Shown here: positions 29,001 to 35,455 of the stretch, piece after piece
How positions within the stretch are numbered: position 1 is the first letter of the stretch
Layout of the letters: each line of letters begins with the position of its first letter
Source of the DNA: an uncultured Methylophilaceae bacterium
GTDB taxonomy: Bacteria > Pseudomonadota > Gammaproteobacteria > Burkholderiales > Methylophilaceae
Length of the DNA stretch: 64,000 nucleotides
NCBI GenBank assembly: GCA_903870995.1
Contig: CAIQFD010000021.1
Location: 8,461-72,460 of the forward strand
Reading direction: 5' to 3'
Translations under genes and position numbers: made by a program
The notes under the pieces: model-generated
Told to the model about the DNA's origin: nothing
Database searches by the model: none
The model's input: the letters and a program-made list of their open reading frames with translations, nothing else

Positions 29001-29636
29001 GGTATAAAGTGCAGAAGTTACTTTAGGTGAACCAAAGCTTTCTCCAGATGCTGTATTTGTTTGAGATTTCCCCACACGATAAACCGCAGGCTGCGCTGTG
29101 ACTAATGGCGTGTATGTTTCTGGTACTTCACCGAGCCCTGTGCCTAAGCTTTTGCCAGCACCGTTACCTGTGCCAACCTTAAGCATTGGTGCTGGTGGAG
29201 GAGGTGTATCCGGGATGTGTTCGTCGTGGCTGACATTTTCATCCGTTGGTGGATTAGCATCAATATTCTCGCTCACTAAACGCAAGCTGCCTGCTTTGGC
29301 AGGGTTAGTAACGCCGACTAATTTGAATAGTTCAGGCAAGCTGATTTTGCTATCGCTAAATAGGGCATCTGGCGGATTTTTGCCTACGGCATCAATCGCG
29401 CCGTGTGGAATCACTACGTGCTCGCCGTTAGCAAAGGTGAGGAGCAAGTCAACGTCTGCTACGTCAACAAGCTTAAGTGCGCCCATGCTTTGCTTGATGG
29501 TGATGGCGCCATCAGCACTTTTTGTTGCTTGCTCTAGGTGTTGCGATGCAGGAATCGTCAGCGTGGCTTTTTCAGCGGCTTTTAATTGAATAGGCGCTTT
29601 GGTGTTTGCTGCTGCGCTATGGTTCTGTTTTGCCAT
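26076..29636 (-). CDS. large RTX (hemolysin-type Ca2+-binding repeat) secreted protein, presumed T1SS substrate
   Basis: 1186 aa with a hydrophilic N-terminus (no Sec signal). Several GGxGxD nonapeptide blocks, e.g. [42 protein letters not shown]. Recurrent DTVTY...V(D/S)L modules. The C-terminal region [25 protein letters not shown] resembles T1SS C-terminal target domains. Confidence 0.88.
   Translation of the reverse strand: [1186 protein letters not shown]
26607..26792 (-). repeat. tandem 27-nt (9-codon) RTX nonapeptide-coding repeats
   Basis: Five consecutive units encode [45 protein letters not shown]. Frame checked against the DNA (TDTVTYA at 26592-26612). Confidence 0.85.
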
Positions 29637-29687
29637 GATGTCGATTCCTTAGTGTTCTTACTCTATTTATTCGTGTTTTTTTACAGC

Positions 29688-31037
29688 TTACTTTTGGTTT
29701 TTAATGGCTTCAATTAATTCGCCTTGCATTTGAATCATCGTGCTAAGTAGACGTTGTCTTTCTGAGGCATCGTCTTTGGCTAGAATTTTAAGTTCAATCA
29801 AATGATTTGGAATTTCAACACTGTTTCTATCGGCAATGCTGAGCAAGTCACCCATTTGGCGTCCTACACGTTGTAGCTCGACTCTAAACTCTTGAGCGGC
29901 ACTTGTTTGCTCTGCAATCACGCGTAACATATCCGCACGTTGTTTTTGAAAGTCGTCAATTTCCATGCTGAGCGCGCGCTCTTGAATACGTAAGGATTCA
30001 GCAAGGCGCTCTTCAATACGGTTAAGGGTTCTAGCCGTTTCAGAGCTACCTTCCATGCTCGAGCTTGATGTTGAGTCGTTGCTATAACTAAGTGGGGTAT
30101 TATTTTGTTGAGCGCGGGCGATGTTGATGCGTTCATTCTCATCAGCCAGTAAAGCCTGCATTTCAAGGTCGCTCAAGTTGTTGGCACGCTGGTAAGCAAG
30201 CAAATCACTTGCAGTAAGCGGCTCAGCAATGCCTTCAGAAAGCTTGAATACGCTATTGTCTAAGGTTTTTTCTAGGTCGGTTTTGCTTTGACGGACGAAT
30301 GAATATTCAATATGTTGTGCCACTTCTGACCCAAGTAGCGAAGTTACTTCCCCCATGCAACGGCGAACAGAAACCATCATAAAACTCAAAATGATTGAGC
30401 CTAGTAAACCGTACATAGAGGCTGAGAATGCGATACCCATGGAATGCATAGGAGCTTCCATTTTGGTGACCATTTGCCCAAAAATAGCGATAGGGTCTGC
30501 TGTTTTGATGTCTAGATTTGAGAAGCTAGAAATCAGCGCGGCGATATCATCAAGTGTGGCTAAAAGACCAATAAATGTTCCAAGCAAGCCCATGCCGACT
30601 AGCAAGCCACTAAAGAATTGTGGAAGGGCATTGCGTGCAGTGAGGCGCTCACGTAGCTTTTTAACTTCATTTTCAATCGCCACTTGCTCTTGGTGCATGA
30701 TGGCGTGACCAGTTGATGAGGCAATCATGCGAAGCACGTGCGCCATTTCGGCATTGGAATTGAGGGCAATCTCTCTTAGTTCATCGGCGCTGGCGCCATC
30801 CTTTTGCGCTTCTGTGAAAATACTTAACTGCTCGGCTTCTTCCATCAGGCGATGGATGATACGCATAATTAAAATGCCGCCAATGAAGATAATCGCAAAA
30901 ATAATGTAGTTGATTTGCGGATGTGGATTGCTCGCAATCGTTTTGATAATCGCAGTGCGATAGAGAATTGCTGCCAACAGCAACAATGCAAATGGCAGCG
31001 CTGTATAGAGGTAGTAAATTCTTAAATTTTTATACAT
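29688..31037 (-). CDS. MotA/TolQ/ExbB-family proton-channel protein with a roughly 220-aa C-terminal coiled-coil tail
   Basis: 4 predicted TM segments. Family motifs GMGLLGTFIGLLATL (TM3) and GIAFSASMYGLLGSIILS (TM4). Residues about 230-449 are heptad-rich and charged (LNRIEERLAESLRIQERALSMEIDDFQKQRADMLRVIAEQ...). AGGA SD lies 8 nt before the ATG. Confidence 0.75.
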   Translation of the reverse strand: MYKNLRIYYLYTALPFALLLLAAILYRTAIIKTIASNPHPQINYIIFAIIFIGGILIMRIIHRLMEEAEQLSIFTEAQKDGASADELREIALNSNAEMAHVLRMIASSTGHAIMHQEQVAIENEVKKLRERLTARNALPQFFSGLLVGMGLLGTFIGLLATLDDIAALISSFSNLDIKTADPIAIFGQMVTKMEAPMHSMGIAFSASMYGLLGSIILSFMMVSVRRCMGEVTSLLGSEVAQHIEYSFVRQSKTDLEKTLDNSVFKLSEGIAEPLTASDLLAYQRANNLSDLEMQALLADENERINIARAQQNNTPLSYSNDSTSSSSMEGSSETARTLNRIEERLAESLRIQERALSMEIDDFQKQRADMLRVIAEQTSAAQEFRVELQRVGRQMGDLLSIADRNSVEIPNHLIELKILAKDDASERQRLLSTMIQMQGELIEAIKNQK

Positions 31038-31103
31038 GAATTATTCCTGTTGGTTCTTTAACATTTAAATAGTGAGTGTGTTGTTGTTTGAATTGATCTT
31101 GGG

Positions 31104-32372
31104 CTACCTAGGATCTCTAAGTGCGCGGTCAGAGAACCTTAATAATGGCGATAGCAAATACGAGATAACCGTACGTTTACCTACAACGATATCGGCAATC
31201 GCTGTCATCCCCGGCAAGATTTCCATTTCTTGGTTGTTGTCTTTTGCTTCGAGCATGATGCGGTAGTACCTGCCTTCACGTTCATCTAGCAAGGTGTCGG
31301 CACTGACGTCACTAACTTTGCCATTGAGCGTGCCGAAGGTGGCGTAGTCATATGCACCAAGGCGGATATGAGCAGGCAAGCCGTGCCTTAAATTCGCCCT
31401 ATCATTTGGTTTGGCGCGTGCTTCGATCAGGACGCTTTGGTTCGCAGGGGTGATTTCCATCAAGGCTTCCCCAGGCTTAATGACACCACCTACTGTGGTC
31501 ACTGACATGCGATTGATAATCCCAGAAACTGGGGCTTTGACTTGGTTGCGATCCAGTTTGTCTTTGTTCGTGTCGATCTCAAAACCAGACTTCTCGATTT
31601 CGCCGCGAAGTTGAGTGAGCTCAGAAGATGCTTCTGAGCGATATCGTGCCCATACTTCGCCGACTTTTGACTCGGTCTCTGCCATTGCTGCTTTGAGTCT
31701 TGGAATGGCGGCTTCTGCTTCTGAAATTTGAGAGGTGAGTCTTTGGACGCGTGATTGGCTATCAAGTAGCTCAAGGTTAGAGGCTGCGCCGTTACGTTTC
31801 AAACCCTCAATGACTTTGTATTGCTGTTGAGCCACTTCTAGCTCAGACGATAGGTTTCTGCGGCGGCTTTCTGCTTCGCTAATCTCGCCACGCTTTTGAG
31901 CATTTTGGTCTCGAAGCACGCGCACTTCATCCGACACTCTTGCACGCCTCGCTTCAAATGCGAGTGTTTCTGCTCTGCGCACATCCGGGTCTTGAATGTC
32001 TTTTGGGAAATTAATCGCGCCAGCTCCACTCGATTCAGCGATCAATCTCGCTTCGCGGCCTCGGAGGGTAGTCGATTTAGATTGTTCTTGATCTAAGTTT
32101 GATTTTACTTGCACATCAGACAGCTCTAGTAATGCTTGGCCCGCAGTTACTTTTTGGCCTTCATGGACCAAAATGTTACGCACAATTCCACCCTCTAAAT
32201 GTTGGATGATTTGTGATTTTCCAGCAGGAACAATCCGACCCTCAGTGCGCACGATGACGTCAACTTTGGCAATGCTCGCCCATAGCAAAAACAAAACACA
32301 AGCGATCGCCGTGACTGCCACAAATGCGGTGCGAGGATGAGTGCGTTGCATGATTTTGAAAAATTTATTCAT
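31104..32372 (-). CDS. HlyD-family type I secretion membrane fusion protein
   Basis: N-terminal TM AFVAVTAIACVLFLLWASI, lipoyl-like segment VHEGQKVTAGQALLEL, a long coiled-coil and a C-terminal beta-barrel region. The ATG lies 2 nt after the upstream MotB-like stop. Confidence 0.88.
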   Translation of the reverse strand: MNKFFKIMQRTHPRTAFVAVTAIACVLFLLWASIAKVDVIVRTEGRIVPAGKSQIIQHLEGGIVRNILVHEGQKVTAGQALLELSDVQVKSNLDQEQSKSTTLRGREARLIAESSGAGAINFPKDIQDPDVRRAETLAFEARRARVSDEVRVLRDQNAQKRGEISEAESRRRNLSSELEVAQQQYKVIEGLKRNGAASNLELLDSQSRVQRLTSQISEAEAAIPRLKAAMAETESKVGEVWARYRSEASSELTQLRGEIEKSGFEIDTNKDKLDRNQVKAPVSGIINRMSVTTVGGVIKPGEALMEITPANQSVLIEARAKPNDRANLRHGLPAHIRLGAYDYATFGTLNGKVSDVSADTLLDEREGRYYRIMLEAKDNNQEMEILPGMTAIADIVVGKRTVISYLLSPLLRFSDRALRDPR

Positions 32373-32374
32373 GA

Positions 32375-33058
32375 CTATTTTGGTGAAACCATGACTTTTG
32401 AGTTGTCTGCGTTATTGCTACCTTCACGCACTAAAACTTCAATATTTTCAGCGGGTACTTTTAGCGCAATGAGCTGATTTCTGACAGACATAGCACGGTA
32501 AAAGGCTAAACGTTTTGCTTCAGAAAAGTCTTTTGGTGTGGTTACTTCAATATGTGCACTGCCAGTTTTTGCAATGGTGCTTAATGCACTCCGAACAGTT
32601 TCAGTTTCGCTTGGGTTAAGGCTGACAGCATCTTGTGTAAAACTCACCACGACTTGTCCGCCAGCATCGGTAGCGTTTTGTAAGCTTTTTTCAGGGGTTT
32701 TGTTTGGCGTTTTGGCGACCACCACTTTTTGCGGTGTTGTCGCGTTGTTCTTGATTTGCGCTTCCTGTTTGAGTGCAGCTAAGCTTTGTTGAAGCGATTG
32801 GATTTGTTCGTCTTTGGCCTTAATCGCCTCATTTGTGCTACTTGTTGGGTCAATAGATTCAGGGTTCTCGACAGTTTGCTGTTGTGCTGAAGGTGCTGGG
32901 TTCTCATTAGTGTGGCGGCTTAAGGCGAGCGCAAACATGAAAACCGCGATAATCATAATGGTCAACACAAACAGCAAATTTAATACTAAGTTGGTAACGG
33001 CATCGACGTACCCTGGCCAGAAAATATCTGACCCGTCACCACTTCCTTCATGTTCCAT
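32375..33058 (-). CDS. MotB-like protein: MotB-type TM with conserved Asp plus a divergent OmpA-like C-terminal domain
   Basis: N-terminus FWPGYVDAVTNLVLNLLFVL aligns with E. coli MotB WKIAYADFMTAMMAFF (Y-x-D-x-x-T; Asp19 codon at 33002-33004). A low-complexity/coiled linker follows. C-terminus VSFTQDAVSL...AHIEVTT...AKRLAFYRAMSVRNQLI resembles the OmpA_C fold motif. Confidence 0.7.
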   Translation of the reverse strand: MEHEGSGDGSDIFWPGYVDAVTNLVLNLLFVLTIMIIAVFMFALALSRHTNENPAPSAQQQTVENPESIDPTSSTNEAIKAKDEQIQSLQQSLAALKQEAQIKNNATTPQKVVVAKTPNKTPEKSLQNATDAGGQVVVSFTQDAVSLNPSETETVRSALSTIAKTGSAHIEVTTPKDFSEAKRLAFYRAMSVRNQLIALKVPAENIEVLVREGSNNADNSKVMVSPK

Positions 33059-33093
33059 TTAACGTTGCTCCTAGTTAATCTTTTGGCCGTGAA

Positions 33094-34938
33094 TTAATTG
33101 CCACCGAGGTTCTGTGCGCTAGCAACAACTGTGCTTGGATTGCCTTGCACTAAACGGGCGATTTGTGAAATGGCCGTCATCTCTTGAATATGCAAAGTCA
33201 CTAAACGGGTGCGTGCTTGGTAGTAGCGGTCGTAAACGTCAAGCATGTCGAGCAGGGACTGATTGCCTGATACCATGCGCGCTGACATTGATTTTGCTGC
33301 GCTAGAAATTGAATCTAGCTCGTTGTACCCGCCCGCGAGTCTTTCTCTGGTTGCTTCTAGCGTTGCGTATTGAGCTGAGAGTGATTGAATGACGCGGCGT
33401 TGCTGGTCATCTAAGCGATAGGTAAGCTCCATGTAGCGGGCTTGCTTTTCATCGTTCAACTTCCAATCACTGCCGCCATTTAAAACTGACCAATTCATGA
33501 CCATCATTAAACGTTGGTCATGTTGGCTGCCTGCTTGGCCGCCTGCATGAGCGCTGTCTGTATCAGAATATTCAAGATTCAAGGTCGGTAAAAAGCGCGC
33601 TTTTGCCGCATTTTTATCTAAACTTGCCGCATTAATTTCAGCGCGTAATGATGAAATATCAGGGTTAGCTTCCAAAGAGCGAGGCATGGCTTCATCGAGA
33701 GTTTTCGGTACGATGGATAAACCAACATCATCAAGCTCTGGCAAACGGAGTGAGCTTGGCGATAAATTAATTAAACGCACCAACTCAATTCCTGCGGCAG
33801 CTTGGGCAGCCTCTTGTTCAACTCGTGCTGATTTCGCACTCAGCATTCTTGCACGCACGCGTTCTTTATCTGAATTGCTTGCTGCTCCAGCTTTTGCGCG
33901 TTTGTCGATGTATTGGAATAACTCTTTCAATTGATTTTCGTAATCAATCGCCATGTTGGCTTGAATGCGGGTTGAGGTAAGTGCTAAATAGGCATTCACT
34001 GTGGCAACATAAGTATCGCCTTGGCTTGCGCGCACGCCTTCTTGGCGTGACTCTTCAATCACTTTTCTGCGCTTCCAATCATACAGGCCGGCGACATCTA
34101 AGATTGGTTGACGCAACGTGACGCTAGTATCTTGTCTGTTGTGGATGCTACGTGCGACCTCTTTTCCTGTCGTAGTATCAATCTGTGCGCCCGGCGTTGA
34201 AGTTTCGCGGCCTGCTTTTACGTTCACTAACAGTGATGGCAACATAAACGCGCGCGCTTGACCTGTTTGTGCTTCCGCTTGATTTAAGCGTGAGCTAGCA
34301 ACTAACACATCCCGGCTAAACCCCATCGATGCCTTAATTGCTTGGCTTAAATCAATGCCGCTGATGCTTTCAACTGGGCTTGCCTCGTTTGAGCGAAAGC
34401 TTTTTACTCCGGCCGTGAATTGCTTTCTTGCATCAGCATCAACGGTGATTTCTAGTGTGCCAATTAGGCTGGAGAGTGAGTGATCGGATGGAGAGTCAAA
34501 CCTTGGTGCGACTTCTGAATGCTTTGTATTATCTGTACTGCTTCCAACAAACTCAGCAATTTCATTCGAATTGCTATCCAATGGCTTTTGTATTGTTGAT
34601 GAAGTGCCCACATCTTTCGTGGAAGTGATTAAGGGGGTTGATTGTCGTCCAACAATACGTTCTGAGGCTGGTAAGATAGCATTCATGGCTTGTACAGCGG
34701 CAGCTGCTGCAGCTGCCGCTGCATTCGCCGCCACTGCAGCAGAGTTTGCTGCATCAACGGCAGCATTGGCAGCTTTCGCCGCCGCGGAAAGCGTTGTATT
34801 AGGTTTTGAATTGTTGGCCTGCAAGTCTGCAGCAAGTACGCCATTGCTTAAGGCACATATGCCGAATGAGAGCATGATGTAAGCGCTGATGCTTGCGGGC
34901 TTTAAAAGAGGCTCTTTTGGTTGCTTGGTATGGTTCAT
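33094..34938 (-). CDS. TolC-family outer membrane protein with a roughly 150-aa N-terminal extension
   Basis: 614 aa with signal peptide ...ALSNGVLA/AD. The TolC-type core starts near residue 190 (IDLSQAIKASMGFSRDVLVASSRLNQAEAQ...) with two repeated halves. The preceding Ala-rich and Ser-rich segments are not part of canonical TolC. Confidence 0.8.
   Translation of the reverse strand: MNHTKQPKEPLLKPASISAYIMLSFGICALSNGVLAADLQANNSKPNTTLSAAAKAANAAVDAANSAAVAANAAAAAAAAAVQAMNAILPASERIVGRQSTPLITSTKDVGTSSTIQKPLDSNSNEIAEFVGSSTDNTKHSEVAPRFDSPSDHSLSSLIGTLEITVDADARKQFTAGVKSFRSNEASPVESISGIDLSQAIKASMGFSRDVLVASSRLNQAEAQTGQARAFMLPSLLVNVKAGRETSTPGAQIDTTTGKEVARSIHNRQDTSVTLRQPILDVAGLYDWKRRKVIEESRQEGVRASQGDTYVATVNAYLALTSTRIQANMAIDYENQLKELFQYIDKRAKAGAASNSDKERVRARMLSAKSARVEQEAAQAAAGIELVRLINLSPSSLRLPELDDVGLSIVPKTLDEAMPRSLEANPDISSLRAEINAASLDKNAAKARFLPTLNLEYSDTDSAHAGGQAGSQHDQRLMMVMNWSVLNGGSDWKLNDEKQARYMELTYRLDDQQRRVIQSLSAQYATLEATRERLAGGYNELDSISSAAKSMSARMVSGNQSLLDMLDVYDRYYQARTRLVTLHIQEMTAISQIARLVQGNPSTVVASAQNLGGN
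34675..34788 (-). repeat. GCN-rich low-complexity coding tract (poly-Ala/Asn helix) inside the TolC-like gene
   Basis: Encodes SAAAKAANAAVDAANSAAVAANAAAAAAAAAVQAMNAI. The DNA shows runs of gcagctgctgcagctgccgctgc. Confidence 0.8.
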
Positions 34939-35455
34939 TCTCTTTGGGTTCTGATTTTTTCTAATGAGTTAAAATTAAACACATTTTATTAATGGTATGT
35001 ATTAGATAAAAATAAAAATCACATATTTTGTTTAAAGATAACTTAATTTATTTTGTTGTTTGATTTTATATATTTTGTTGGTTTTATTGAATTTTATCAT
35101 GTTAAAAATCAAAATAAAAACATTGATTTAGTATGTATTGCAGGTAAATATTAAATAAAAAAACAAATGTTAAATTCAACATTTATATCTTCATGTTTTT
35201 AATGAAATTGATTTCTTAAATGAGCTTTAAATATTTATTAATATAATACATACCATATTTTATTTTTTTGCCTAAAAATGGTGCTTTTAGTCTGAAACGC
35301 GCGTTGAAACATCATGAAGTTTGCATTGAATTTGACGATTTTGTATTAAATCTGCTTTTGAACGCGCTTTAGATTCAAATCCGATTTATAATTTCGGCTC
35401 TGTTGATTTGGTCAAGCCAAGTCACATCCATTAAACAACTCCAAAAGAGAAGAAA
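34939..35455. promoter_or_regulatory. 517-bp extremely AT-rich divergent control region (T1SS operon / gnd)
   Basis: Hand counts on lines 35041 and 35161 give 15-17% GC. Contains a 13-nt inverted repeat (34992-35004 / 35244-35256), phased A-tracts and short direct repeats. Confidence 0.6.

Noticed and set aside
29688-33058. Possibility that the MotA-like and MotB-like genes are a Zorya (ZorAB) anti-phage system
   Set aside because: No ZorC/D/E/F/G-like effector genes (helicase, nuclease or HNH) are adjacent. The two genes are not even contiguous: they are separated by, and translationally coupled to, a T1SS HlyD gene. The architectural resemblance to ZorA is kept as a finding, but the defence-system call is not supported.
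29688-33058. Possibility that the pair is a flagellar stator, ExbBD-TonB or TolQR-TolA/Pal module
   Set aside because: No flagellar, tonB/TonB-dependent receptor, tolA/tolB/pal or ybgF genes are nearby. The MotA-like protein has 4 TM segments plus a long tail, unlike ExbB/TolQ. The partner has an OmpA-like C-terminus, unlike ExbD/TolR.
24398-34938. LapD/LapG-type retention and release machinery for the RTX protein
   Set aside because: I looked for a periplasmic Cys protease (LapG-like) or a GGDEF/EAL-HAMP receptor (LapD-like) in and around the operon and found none in this window. I could not identify a convincing TAAG-type cleavage motif either.
18294-34938. Calling the RND + T1SS region a horizontally acquired genomic island on compositional grounds
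   Set aside because: My hand counts of individual 60-nt lines ranged from 42 to 57% GC in the RND genes and from 35 to 43% in the T1SS genes. Housekeeping genes ranged from 40 to 53%, so the data are too noisy to call. There are also no integrase, transposase, flanking direct repeats or island-adjacent tRNA. This needs a proper sliding-window and codon-usage calculation.
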